Below, piece by piece: positions 1 through 10,194 of a DNA stretch of 64,000 nucleotides. Location of the stretch: positions 64,001 through 128,000 of the forward strand of contig CBDUKN010000005.1 of assembly GCA_965367815.1 (NCBI GenBank), given 5' to 3'. This DNA is from an uncultured Thermoprotei archaeon (GTDB lineage: Archaea > Thermoproteota > Thermoprotei > Thermofilales > B15-G2). How positions within the stretch are numbered: the stretch's first letter is position 1; the number at the start of each line of letters is the position of its first letter. The notes beneath the pieces were generated by a model. It made no database searches. It was given only the letters and a program-made list of their open reading frames with translations, and was not told the origin of the DNA. The translations under genes and the position numbers were made by a program.

Positions 1-1
1 T

Positions 2-259
2 TTAAATGACTTAGATATAAAAGTATATAAAGCTTTAACAGAGCTTAGGGGAGCTACAGTAAAGGAGCTAGCAGAGAAACTAAACTACAGCAGGTCTTCT
101 ATACAGAAATCGCTATACAAGTTAATATCACATAAACTAGTCGAGAGAAAGAAAATTCTAGGTAAGAGAAACTACAAGTATCTGTATTATCCCTTGCCCT
201 TTACGATTTCTCCTGAAATAAAAAAGGCTGCTAAAGAGATCTTGGGAATAGAGCTTTAA
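2..259 (+). CDS. TrmB-family wHTH transcriptional regulator (5' truncated by window edge)
   Basis: Manual translation LNDLDIKVYKALTELRGATVKELAEKLNYSRSSIQKSLYKLISHKLVERKK...YKYLYYP, stop TAA 257-259; not in ORF track. Confidence 0.75.
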   Translation, partial: LNDLDIKVYKALTELRGATVKELAEKLNYSRSSIQKSLYKLISHKLVERKKILGKRNYKYLYYPLPFTISPEIKKAAKEILGIEL

Positions 260-290
260 CTATTATATTTGGTTCGTAGTTTACGATTTT

Positions 291-1598
291 GTGTGGAAAA
301 TAGGAGTTAGTGAAGCCGATATTACTCCGCCTAAAGGCGTTGAATTGTGGGGCTATACAGGCAGAATTACTTTTGAAGCAGAAGGTATACATGATCCCTT
401 AAAGGTGAAGGCAGCAGTCTTTTCAAATGGAGAAACTACTGCCATTGTTATTTCAGCAGATTTAGGGGCCATTCCTAGAAAAGTAGTAGAGAATGTAAAA
501 AGAAGAATTTTTGAGAAATACGGAGTTCCTGCAGAAAACATTATCATAGCTGCGACACATACACACTCTGGGCCTGCCGTCGTTCCTCTGAGAAGGGCTG
601 GCGAGAAAGTCGATGAAAAATATGTGTATTTAGTTGAAAGAAAAATTATTACTGTTATTGAAGAAGCGTTAAGTAATCTCTCTGAAGGTGAAGTGTTTTT
701 CGCTAAAGGTTTTGCTGAAAAGCTGGCTTTCGATAGAAGAAGAAAGGGAAGCCCAGTAGACTCGGAGGTACCTCTTATAGCTCTCTTTAAGAAGAATGCT
801 CTTCAAGGACTTATAGTAAACTATGCTTGCCATCCTGTTTGTCTTGGAGAAGAAAACTTGCTCGTCAGCGCGGATTATCCTTGCTATCTCTACGATACTT
901 TAAGCAGAGTTTACGGAAAACAGCTTACTACAGTCTTCTTGACAGGTGCTTGCGGAAACATAGATCCTGTATGGAGAGGACGAGGCTACAAGTACGCTGA
1001 GAGAATGGGGAGAGCCTTAGCAGGAGAAGTCATAAGAGCTCTTGAAACTTCAAGAGAAGCTCTACTTGAAGAAATTAAATGCGTTAAGACTGTAGTTAAG
1101 CTCGAGACTGAGGAACTACCTAGCTTAAATGAATTACTTAGTGAAAAAGCTAGACTTGAAGAAGAATTAAGAAAATTGAGAAAAGAAATTCCGGTAATAG
1201 CCGATGTTCGTGAAGCAGTCGAAATACATTCCAGAGAAGCCTTTTTATCATGGACCATGGAGGCAATCGAGCTAGTTAAGCGCGGAGAAGTTAAGTCAGA
1301 ATATGAGCTAGAAATACAGGTTCTTGAAATAGGCGACGTATTTATTGTAGGGCTGTCTGGAGAAATTTTCTCTGAGCTAGGGCTTGCTGTAAAGGAGCTC
1401 TGCAGAAAAAGAGCACTTGTAGTGGGATATGCTAACGGCGACATAGGATATATTCCAACAGACAAGGCTATAGATGAAGGAGGCTATGAGATAGAAAATG
1501 CTTTTAAGTACTATAAAGAATACCCGTATCCTCCCAAGAAAGGATGGGAGAAAATAATATTGAATGCAGTTAAGCGTCTACTTGCGGATCTTAAGTAG
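291..1598 (+). CDS. Neutral/alkaline ceramidase-like metallohydrolase
   Basis: DITPP, HDPL, ATHTHSGP, NYACHP, SADYP, GACGNI, GYANG.IGY motifs. Confidence 0.8.
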   Translation: MWKIGVSEADITPPKGVELWGYTGRITFEAEGIHDPLKVKAAVFSNGETTAIVISADLGAIPRKVVENVKRRIFEKYGVPAENIIIAATHTHSGPAVVPLRRAGEKVDEKYVYLVERKIITVIEEALSNLSEGEVFFAKGFAEKLAFDRRRKGSPVDSEVPLIALFKKNALQGLIVNYACHPVCLGEENLLVSADYPCYLYDTLSRVYGKQLTTVFLTGACGNIDPVWRGRGYKYAERMGRALAGEVIRALETSREALLEEIKCVKTVVKLETEELPSLNELLSEKARLEEELRKLRKEIPVIADVREAVEIHSREAFLSWTMEAIELVKRGEVKSEYELEIQVLEIGDVFIVGLSGEIFSELGLAVKELCRKRALVVGYANGDIGYIPTDKAIDEGGYEIENAFKYYKEYPYPPKKGWEKIILNAVKRLLADLK

Positions 1599-2339
1599 CT
1601 GTTCTGCGTACTCTCTACAAGTAATAATAGCGGCTTTTTCCATTTTCTTTGCTAGTTTCAATAGTTGTTCAAGTACTCTTGAGCGACTTCTTCTCCCTAT
1701 GACTTGGGGATGCATAGTTAATACAAATGATACATTTTCTTCTAAGCTCCACTCTAAGTCGTATATCCATGTTCTTAATACAAGGTCAGGTGGATATTGA
1801 TGATCCTCGAAAAGAACCCAGTCGTCTAGCTGATAGGATATAGGTATTTCTACGAGAGGTTTCCCCTCGATATCGACAATGTAGGCTTCATCAGAGTCCA
1901 TCAGGCTGCTATCGTAGACTATTTTCTTTTCTACAAGTAGCTTAAGGAGCCATTTGTGTATTCTCCAGTAAGGGGCTCTAAATCCTTCTATAGGGTTCTG
2001 AATTTTACTTAAAATAGCTATACTTTTTTCGAGTACTTTATTTGCGTCGCTAGGCATAAGTTGAGAAAAGTCTTCGTGAAGATATCCATGCAAAGCGATC
2101 TCGTGACCACTATTAGCTATTTCTTTTACTTCATCGAAGTGCTTTTCGGCAACATAAGCTGCTACAAAGAATGTTGACTTAATGCCGTATTTGCTCAGTA
2201 TGTTTAAGACCCGCTTAAGTCCAGTTTTTACTCCATATAGTCCTCTTGTTATTTGAACATAGTCTTCTCTTTTTCTAGTGAAAGATGACTCGCCGTCTAA
2301 GTCAAATGTAAAGAGAACGGGTATTTTCATAGCCATCAC
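1578..2339 (-). CDS. Polysaccharide deacetylase (CE4, PgdA-like)
   Basis: TFDLD, STFFV, HEIALHGYLH, GFRAP, YDSS, MHPQ motifs. Confidence 0.85.
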   Translation of the reverse strand: MMAMKIPVLFTFDLDGESSFTRKREDYVQITRGLYGVKTGLKRVLNILSKYGIKSTFFVAAYVAEKHFDEVKEIANSGHEIALHGYLHEDFSQLMPSDANKVLEKSIAILSKIQNPIEGFRAPYWRIHKWLLKLLVEKKIVYDSSLMDSDEAYIVDIEGKPLVEIPISYQLDDWVLFEDHQYPPDLVLRTWIYDLEWSLEENVSFVLTMHPQVIGRRSRSRVLEQLLKLAKKMEKAAIITCREYAEQLLKIRK

Positions 2340-2617
2340 TTTTTAGTGAGGTCTTTTTCTCCTTGAAGAACTCTCTCTGTTTCTTCAGGCGTGAGTGTTA
2401 CTCTAGCACCTATTTTGTAGTGCCAGTCGTAGCAACACCACCTAACTACGCGTACTTCAGCTCCTTTAAGGTCTTCCGGCAGTTTTTCGTCAGGTGTACG
2501 CTTGCTGAATCCAATTAGCTTCACTGTAAAGTGGCATTTTTCCCACTTTTCGCTATCATAGTCTTTATACTCGCTTGTTCTCTCGATTTTCGTAACTATT
2601 CCTTGAAGCTTTCTCAC
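2336..2617 (-). CDS. Hypothetical protein (93 aa)
   Basis: Overlaps deacetylase start by 4 nt; protein-like composition, RWCCYDWH motif. Confidence 0.65.
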   Translation of the reverse strand: MRKLQGIVTKIERTSEYKDYDSEKWEKCHFTVKLIGFSKRTPDEKLPEDLKGAEVRVVRWCCYDWHYKIGARVTLTPEETERVLQGEKDLTKK

Positions 2618-2714
2618 ATAGTCTAAAAGACTTGAATATAAATAATACTACCTTTTTCAAGCCGATTTCGCGTAATTATTTTATTTCGTTGGGAGCAGTT
2701 ATAGACGCGGTAAA

Positions 2715-3701
2715 ATGAATAGACGAGAGCTAGTAGAGAGAGCTGTTGTTGGCGAGAACCTTGAAGCTGTTCCCGTGGCTCCATTAATAGGGGGGCACTC
2801 AGCTGTACTTTACGGTGCTTCTGTAGAAGAAGCCTACAGAAACTCTGAATTGATGGCGCGCCTTCAAATTAAGGCAGCTAAATTCTATGATGTAGACATG
2901 GTTTTTCACTACATGGACACTACAGTTGAAGCTGAGGCATTAGGAGCAAAAGCAAGTATTAAAAATGGTCTTCCAGCAATAGTTGAGCACTTACATGAAT
3001 TACCTGAGCCTATTTTCAGCGAAAAGGGTAGAATTAAGGTGTTCGTAGACGCACTAGCTAAAATATCTAGAGAGTTATCGTCGACAAAAATCATAGGAGC
3101 CTATGTTCTAGGACCCTTTACTTTACTATGTCAGCTATTAGGATTAACCAGAGTATTTAGAGAAGTCATGAGAGGCGAGGCGACTTTTACGGAAGAATAT
3201 TTAGTAAAGTTATCTGAGTACTCTAGAGGCTATGTAGACTTACTAGCAAGTGAAGGTAGAGTAGACTTAGTTATGGTGCTCGAGCCTTGCTTATCGCTGG
3301 TAAGGCCTGAAGTCTTTGAGAAATACTCGCGGAAAGCGCTAGAGACCCTGCTACACTACATCAAGAAAAAAGGTCTCTACTCAGCCCTGCATGTATGTGG
3401 AAGGTCTAACAAGATAATACCTCATCTCAAGTCACTTCCATTTGATATCATACAGTTGGACTACTATGTGAACATAAAGGAGGCAAAGAATATTTTAGTA
3501 GATAAATGCGTGCTAGGAAACCTCAATACAAAGCTCTTCGTAGACTCTACGCCGGATGAAGTATTTAATGAAGCTAAAAAGTGCATTGAAGACGGAGAGA
3601 GAAAGCTACATATACTAAGTGCTGGATGTGAAATTCCCTTACGTTCGCGACCAGAAAACATTAAAGCTTTAGTTAAAGCAGCGAGGGAGGAGTATGCCTA
3701 A
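2715..3701 (+). CDS. MtaA/CmuA-like methylcobamide methyltransferase (URO-D family)
   Basis: VEAEALG, GPFT, LHVCG (Zn HxC), GNL, SAGCEIP motifs. Confidence 0.85.
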   Translation: MNRRELVERAVVGENLEAVPVAPLIGGHSAVLYGASVEEAYRNSELMARLQIKAAKFYDVDMVFHYMDTTVEAEALGAKASIKNGLPAIVEHLHELPEPIFSEKGRIKVFVDALAKISRELSSTKIIGAYVLGPFTLLCQLLGLTRVFREVMRGEATFTEEYLVKLSEYSRGYVDLLASEGRVDLVMVLEPCLSLVRPEVFEKYSRKALETLLHYIKKKGLYSALHVCGRSNKIIPHLKSLPFDIIQLDYYVNIKEAKNILVDKCVLGNLNTKLFVDSTPDEVFNEAKKCIEDGERKLHILSAGCEIPLRSRPENIKALVKAAREEYA

Positions 3702-5451
3702 AATATATGTAAAAAATATAGATAAAGTCATAGTCTGCAATGAAAATGAAGTTCTTTTAAATGTTTTAAGAAAACATAGAATACAAGTGCAGGCAGTTTG
3801 CGGAGGACTAGGCTTATGCGGACTCTGCAGAGTACTGGTTGCTAAAGGAAATGTTTCTGAGCCTACTGATGCGGAGAAAAAGGTTTTAGGAGGACTTGTT
3901 CAAGAAGGCTGGAGACTGGCTTGTCAAGTGAGAGTTCTAGGAGATATCGAGGTAATAATTCCTAAAGTGCGTAAATATATTTTAGAAAACTATAGAATTC
4001 GAGTTAAGTACGATAGGTGTCCTTTAGCTGAAGTTGTTGAAGTAAAATATATGAAAAGCGATTTATCTTGTTTAGATTACTTACTTAAGGAGCTTGGAGA
4101 GAGAAATATTTCTGCTGAGAAAGTATCGCTTTGCGCTCTATCTAAGTTACCGGAAATATTCTATAAAGAGAAGAAAGCTGCAGTGCTTGTTGACAGAGAA
4201 TCGCATGAAGTACTGGACTTAATCAATGAGAGTGAAGTATATGGTATTGCAGTAGACTTAGGAACTACTACTGTTGTAGCTGGTCTCGTAGATTTGAGTA
4301 ACTGTAAGCTTCTGAAAACAGCTTCGACGTATAATAAGCAGCTGAGTTTCGGAAATAACATTATCTCAAGAATTTCTTATGCAATTAAAGGCGAGAAAGA
4401 ACTGAGAGAAGTTAGTAAAGCGGCTCTCGATACTATAGAAGAATTGATAGACGAGCTTGCTGGAAACAAAAGAGATAGAATATTCGAAGTAGTTGTTGCA
4501 GGAAATACTGCTATGACTTTACTTTTCTTGGGTATCTCTCCACATACTTTGGGATTCAAGCCCTTTACTCCACCTTTCACAGGCATGCTTACTATAAAAG
4601 CCAGAGAACTAGGCTTTAATCTTAATAAAGAGGCGATAGTGAGAACACTCCCTGTAGTGGGAGGGTATATTGGAGGCGATGTCATAGGAGATATTCTAGT
4701 TTCAGGAATGCTAGAAGATAAAACAGCTATTCTAGTAGACATCGGCACTAATGGAGAAATTGTATTGAAGAAAAACAATGAGCTCTACTCTACATCAGTT
4801 CCAGCAGGACCTTCTTTTGAAGGAGTAGGGTTAACTTCAGGAATGCTTGCTACTTATGGAGCTGTGCACAGAGTCTTTTCTACAAAAAGAGGCATACAGT
4901 ACGTAGTAATAGGAGGAGGAAAGCCCAAAGGAATATGTGGATCGGGATACATCGACTTGCTTGCTGAACTCATAAGACACGGAATATTAAATAGAAAAGG
5001 CAGACTTCTCGAAAACTATAGTAGTGTTAGAAGAAAAAGTGGCGTACTTGAATATGTTTTAGACTATGAGGAAAACGTAGTCTTATCGCAGAAAGATATT
5101 AGAAAACTGCAGCTAGCAATAACCGCATTTAAAGTGGGATACAAAATATTATTATCGAAAGCTGGTATATCACCAGACAAAGTAGAGAAAATATATGTTG
5201 CAGGAAGCTTCGGTTTTCACGTAAATCCGGTAAACGCTATAGAAATAGGTCTTCTTCCTAAAGCGGATCCTTCACAAATAGAATTCATAGGCAACGGGTC
5301 TTTAGGAGGAGCAATACTATACTTAACTTCAAGTGAAGCTAGAAAACTTTGCAAAGATGTATTCAGAAAAATAAAGGTAATCGAAGCTCCGATGGAGAAA
5401 GAATTCCAGAAACTGTTTTTAAGTAACTTAACACTAGAGCCTGTTGCTTAA
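3694..5451 (+). CDS. ASKHA-domain reductive activator of corrinoid proteins (RACo/RamA-like) with N-terminal 2Fe-2S domain
   Basis: CGGLGLCGLC...RLACQ, DLGTTT, DIGTNGE, AGPSFEG, GICGSG, QKDIR, AGSFG. Confidence 0.9.
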   Translation: MPKIYVKNIDKVIVCNENEVLLNVLRKHRIQVQAVCGGLGLCGLCRVLVAKGNVSEPTDAEKKVLGGLVQEGWRLACQVRVLGDIEVIIPKVRKYILENYRIRVKYDRCPLAEVVEVKYMKSDLSCLDYLLKELGERNISAEKVSLCALSKLPEIFYKEKKAAVLVDRESHEVLDLINESEVYGIAVDLGTTTVVAGLVDLSNCKLLKTASTYNKQLSFGNNIISRISYAIKGEKELREVSKAALDTIEELIDELAGNKRDRIFEVVVAGNTAMTLLFLGISPHTLGFKPFTPPFTGMLTIKARELGFNLNKEAIVRTLPVVGGYIGGDVIGDILVSGMLEDKTAILVDIGTNGEIVLKKNNELYSTSVPAGPSFEGVGLTSGMLATYGAVHRVFSTKRGIQYVVIGGGKPKGICGSGYIDLLAELIRHGILNRKGRLLENYSSVRRKSGVLEYVLDYEENVVLSQKDIRKLQLAITAFKVGYKILLSKAGISPDKVEKIYVAGSFGFHVNPVNAIEIGLLPKADPSQIEFIGNGSLGGAILYLTSSEARKLCKDVFRKIKVIEAPMEKEFQKLFLSNLTLEPVA

Positions 5452-5480
5452 TAAAACACACTTATATTTAACTGCAGGTA

Positions 5481-7472
5481 GTGAAACATGTGTTAAATAA
5501 TCGCAAGCTTCTTCTATTGGCGCTAAGCCTGACAATAGTTAATCTAGTTTACATAAAAGTTGAAAGCTATCCAAATAAATTAAATGCAGTAGTAGGTGTA
5601 TTGAGAGAAGGTAAAATCGAGCCAGCTCTCGTATTTTATCCCGGGAAAAATGTATACATTTACTGGAGCTATAGACCTAGCCTAAAAAATACTGGGAGCT
5701 ACTATTTCTACAATTTTTCTTAAACAATAAAAATACTTGATTCACTTAACTATACTCTATATAGTCTGATGAAAACATACTCGAATAAAACAAAGTTCGC
5801 CAGTATCTCACTTGAATACTACTTAAGCTTACCTGTAAAAGAGTATTATTTAAATGGTATATACGAAGTTAAAATAGTTATTAAAGACTTTATTGAGAAC
5901 AAGAAATATTCAGAAAATTTGTATTTCGTAGTAATTAATGCTACACCTAAGATACTTCATATTAAGTTAAAGCAAAAAGCATGTATTAAAAATATATCAT
6001 TTAAACCTACAGAAATATCAAAAGTATATTTAGCTATAATATCAAATTCAACGTTTCAAATAGTAAGGAGACCCGTGTTCAGCATTAAGACCAAGAGAGT
6101 TCTCGAAGATAGCTATGGAAATAAGTATGCCCTCTTCGAAAATCTGCATATTCCACCTCGTAAAGAACTTCAGATAATAGTTGAATATGACGTTACTCTA
6201 AGAGCAAGACACATAGATCTGAATAAAAGCCTAAGTGAACTTAAGGAAGTGCCAGCTGATGTTAAAAAATACTTAATGCCAAGCACTCACATAGAATGCA
6301 ATAACGAGCTTATTGCAAGGAAAGCTGTAGAACATTTGTCTGGTAAAAACAATTTGCTTTCAGTACTAGGGTCTTTCAGCAAATTTGTTAAAAATCACAT
6401 AAAGTATAAGCCTATGGAAAAAGAGACCAGCGCGTTAACAGCTCATTTGACTAGAGAAGGCGACTGCAATGAGTATTCAATGTTTTTTACAGCGTTTGCG
6501 AGAGCAGTGGGCATACCGTGCAGAGTAGTTTCAGGATACGCTCACTTAACTTACTCTACAAAAAGACTAGAAGAAGAACATGCTTGGTGTGAAGTCTATG
6601 TACCTGAGTTAGGCTGGGTGCCTCTGGAGCCTCAAGCACCAGGTAACATAGGCTATACTTACTTCTACGCCAATGGATTCTATGTAGCTTTAGTTAGATG
6701 TCAGGGAGAAGAAACTACTTTAGCTAATGAAAAGATGAAAGTAAGCTTGATGACTGCTTACTACAAAGGAGGAGAAGTTTCGCTAAGTCAGTTTATCGAA
6801 GTATATTTGATAAAACCGAAAATAAATAAAATTATTTTAGATAAAATTATTTGTGAAGATAATAAAATAATTGTAAAAGGCCATTTATTAATGCCTGTAA
6901 ACACTACTTTAAAAATAATAGTCTTATGGCCTAGCAACACGACAAGCCTCGCTGAAACATATGTCAGGAAAGGATTCTTCGAGAAGAGCATTCTGGTTAA
7001 AGAAAGAGGATTAATTAGGCTCTGCTTATATGCTCAGGGCACTGAATATTTGAAAGACTCGTATGCGGTAACTCAGGTATTCCTAGAAAAGAAGAAATCT
7101 AGCATAATCTTGGAGTATCCTGAGGAAGTTTATGCGGGAGATGAAGTAACCATATCAGGTCGTTTAGCTCCACCTTTAGCTTATCAAGTAATATCAATTA
7201 CAGTCGAGGGCCCTCAGACAACTATATTGGACTACCAGGTGATAACAGGGCCTAATGGAGCCTTTGTCTTCAAAATAAAAGTACCTTACGCAGGCAAATG
7301 GACACTTAAGTTCACTTGGAAAGGAAACGAGTACTATTCTTCGGCAATATCCTCGATAACAATTAACGTAAAAAAGTTTCACTGGAAGTACTTGAATGAA
7401 AGAACAGCTATAGCATTGCTCATTGTCGTGATATTTGTTGCTCTAGTGTATTTACTTAAAAGGGAACGCTAA
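5481..7472 (+). pseudogene. Secreted/membrane-anchored transglutaminase-like protein interrupted by one in-frame TAA (5721-5723)
   Basis: ORFs 5481-5723 and 5769-7472 share a frame; N-terminal signal-like segment, GDCNEYS, GIPCRVVSG, HAWCEVY, C-terminal TM. Confidence 0.7.
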
Positions 7473-7497
7473 TTAGAGTAAAATTGCTACTCAGATT

Positions 7498-7917
7498 ATG
7501 TTACGGAGATTAATAGACGTGAATGCATGTGCTAAAGAGATTAGAGAAAAACGAAGACTGCTTATCTACGGTAAGTGCGTATACGATGAGTACCCCGAAA
7601 TATTTCGCAAGTACTCTGAGAACAGAGTTTGCCTAGCAGTATGTCTTGAAGCAGAACACATGAATATAGTGGGATTTAAACTAGCATCTATAGTAGCTAG
7701 ATTGTCTTTAGAGGAAATAGTAGTATTGACTGTTGATGGGTCACCTCATTGCGTACAACTTCACTTTATGGTAGAAGAAGTAAATAAAATATTCGGCGGA
7801 AATCTTCCAGTAAAACATTTAGTTATTGAGGGAGGAGAAATAGTTGAAGTGGACCAGCGAGTAGTCAAAACCGCTAGATATTTAACAAAAGTTAAAAAAC
7901 TCTTATATCGAGAGTAA
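7498..7917 (+). CDS. Putative Fe-S/metal-binding protein
   Basis: GKC, CLEAEH and TVDGSPHC Cys motifs. Confidence 0.6.
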   Translation: MLRRLIDVNACAKEIREKRRLLIYGKCVYDEYPEIFRKYSENRVCLAVCLEAEHMNIVGFKLASIVARLSLEEIVVLTVDGSPHCVQLHFMVEEVNKIFGGNLPVKHLVIEGGEIVEVDQRVVKTARYLTKVKKLLYRE

Positions 7918-8559
7918 ATGAGCGATCAAAAAAGACCAGAAATAAAGAAGAGATCAATAGTGCTTGCATCAAGGTCTAAAGCTAGAAGAAATTTACTTAG
8001 AATGCTCGGTTTTCGAGTACTGCTTGTAGTTCCTGTAATAGAAGAGATTATTGTGAGAAGAGGTTCGTTAAACTATGTTAAGAAAGTAGTTGAAGACAAT
8101 GCTCTTAAGAAAGCTTGGAAAGTACACGAAGTCGCTAAAAACATGCCTGTAGTAGCTGCAGACACGCTGATCTACATAGACGGTGTAGTCTACGGGAAGC
8201 CTAGAGACGAAGATGAAGCGAGGAGAATATTAAATCACTTAAGAGGAAGAGAACATATAGTTGTAACAGGCTACGCGGTCATATACAAAGACGAAGTATT
8301 ATCGGGCTACAGAAGAACAATAGTTAAAATGAGAAATTTCAGCGACAGAGAGCTTGAGTATTATTTATCAACAAAAGAGTATGTAGGAAAAGCTGGAGCT
8401 TATTCAATCCAAGGGCTTGGAGGAACTCTAGTCGAAGAAATTAGAGGATGCTATTTTAACGTAGTAGGATTGCCGCTACCAGACATTATTGAATGCTTTG
8501 TAAAACTGAAAATATGGCCTCCAATAGAATTTAAACGTACTCGTACATCTATTTTATAA
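7918..8559 (+). CDS. maf: Maf family nucleoside triphosphate pyrophosphatase
   Basis: LASRSKARR, AADT, GKP, KAGAYSIQG, NVVGLP. Confidence 0.92.
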   Translation: MSDQKRPEIKKRSIVLASRSKARRNLLRMLGFRVLLVVPVIEEIIVRRGSLNYVKKVVEDNALKKAWKVHEVAKNMPVVAADTLIYIDGVVYGKPRDEDEARRILNHLRGREHIVVTGYAVIYKDEVLSGYRRTIVKMRNFSDRELEYYLSTKEYVGKAGAYSIQGLGGTLVEEIRGCYFNVVGLPLPDIIECFVKLKIWPPIEFKRTRTSIL

Positions 8560-8611
8560 GCAAAGGTACTAAAATAAAGGCATTTATATTTTACTAAGTC
8601 AAAATTTAGCG

Positions 8612-9052
8612 TTATTCTTCCATTTTATCTATAATCTTTCTAATTAGAAGAAGTTCATCTTCGTCTATAGTATTTGAGTCGAGAAGACCCCACTTCACAG
8701 CAGCATCAATGATTCTCCGATAGAACTGTCTATTTACATCAATATCTTCTGTTCTCCCTAAAAATACTTGAGGTCCTTGGCCTGGAATGTAAACAACATA
8801 TATCTTTTCACCAGTCTCTCTATTTCGAAGAACCATAAAACCTTTTTCAACATTTATCTTAATAATATCTGAATTAAGTATATCTGAAAGCGAAAGAAAT
8901 ATTTGAGTAAGTTTAGCTCTAGCTTCTTTAAGCGCCTTACTTACAGCCTGCTTTGATATACCTAGTTCCTTAGCTATTTCCACTTCTTTTAGGCCACTTT
9001 CAGCTTTCTTAACTAGTATTTCTTCCATACGGGAAGGCAACTTAAGTATCAA
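8612..9052 (-). CDS. HTH DNA-binding protein
   Basis: GLKEVEIAKELGISKQAVSKAL. Confidence 0.75.
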   Translation of the reverse strand: MILKLPSRMEEILVKKAESGLKEVEIAKELGISKQAVSKALKEARAKLTQIFLSLSDILNSDIIKINVEKGFMVLRNRETGEKIYVVYIPGQGPQVFLGRTEDIDVNRQFYRRIIDAAVKWGLLDSNTIDEDELLLIRKIIDKMEE

Positions 9053-9845
9053 ATGCCATCACCTCTTTCACAACAATATTAACTAACTCTTGTGCAGTTT
9101 TCTCGTCAACAGCTACAATAGCGTAGTGTCTTCCCGCGCTATCTTCTATAACAATTAAGCGTCCTCTAGTCGAGAAGTAAAGTACCATTGCATAGAATAC
9201 GAACGTTAATAGCATGCCTGTCATCAAGAAGGCTAGTGTACGTAAGTCGCTTGTAATAGGTCTGCCGAAGACTTTATTGTAGATTGATGCTACTTGGAAA
9301 CATAGTATTGTAGAAATTGCTCCTAAAATGCTTCCCGTGTACTTAATGAATTTCATGAAATCAAAGTAAGTAAGCATGCATCTAACAGTTAAAATAAGTC
9401 CTGCAACTACTGGTGCTAGTAAGAAAGTCAAATACTCTATTGGGATAGATGGAGCAGTTAAAATCACGTAGATTACTGGAAGATGCATCATCATAGTTGA
9501 AGGAACTAAGTATAGCTTGAAGTACTTGAATATCTTTCCTCTACTAAGATTATCTAAAGCAGATATTTCTGTAATATTGGTGACAGAATACTTGAAAATG
9601 CTTACAGGGTAGCCGTACACAAGCACTAACCTTCCTTTCACTGCTAGTACTTCTTTCCCTACAGAAAGTAAAGCGAAGACTATACTAGCTAAGAATAGGC
9701 ATAGGGTGTACGCACTGAGAGTGCTCCGTGTTATATTTAGTAAAAAAGCTACGATAATTAATATCATCGATAAGGCGAAGAGAGCCCCCGGAACTCCACT
9801 ATACGGTGCAGGCCATGCTTCATGTGAACTAAATCGTCTACTCAT
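9042..9845 (-). CDS. Multi-pass membrane protein
   Basis: About 6 hydrophobic segments; overlaps the HTH gene. Confidence 0.7.
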   Translation of the reverse strand: MSRRFSSHEAWPAPYSGVPGALFALSMILIIVAFLLNITRSTLSAYTLCLFLASIVFALLSVGKEVLAVKGRLVLVYGYPVSIFKYSVTNITEISALDNLSRGKIFKYFKLYLVPSTMMMHLPVIYVILTAPSIPIEYLTFLLAPVVAGLILTVRCMLTYFDFMKFIKYTGSILGAISTILCFQVASIYNKVFGRPITSDLRTLAFLMTGMLLTFVFYAMVLYFSTRGRLIVIEDSAGRHYAIVAVDEKTAQELVNIVVKEVMAFDT

Positions 9846-9855
9846 ATCAACTCCA

Positions 9856-9875
9856 GTAAACCTAGATAGGTTTAC
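9856..9875. promoter_or_regulatory. Palindromic operator candidate GTAAACCTA-GA-TAGGTTTAC
   Basis: Perfect 9-bp inverted repeat between a TATA-like element (~9877-9883, minus) and the start at 9845. Confidence 0.6.
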
Positions 9876-9956
9876 CTATATAAGTTTTTCTATTTTCTTA
9901 AACTATCTCCAAGTAAGTAAAACATATTTTCAGAGAGCAGTCAATTGTAGCTGAAG

Positions 9957-10007
9957 GTGATGAGTCTACCGAAAACCGATGGAAGTGAGGGAGGTCACCC
10001 TTACTGA
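9957..10007 (+). ncRNA. Box C/D guide sRNA
   Basis: C GTGATGA 9957-63, guide GTCTACCGAAAA, D' CCGA, C' GTGAGG, guide AGGTCACCCTTA, D CTGA 10004-07; GC-rich island in AT-rich spacer. Confidence 0.7.
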
Positions 10008-10194
10008 ATGTTACAGTCTTTTGCAAGTGAACTCGTTAGCAAATAGTTTAACGTAAGTCGGTAATCCATACTTAAAGCAGTCTATGAGTTAAATGTGCTG
10101 ATTAAGTGTTACAGCATTTTGAGTCAAAGTACTTTTACTCTATAGTAGAGAAGCTAGCGCAAAGTTAAATTACTTCCTAAGCATAGTCGCTAAT

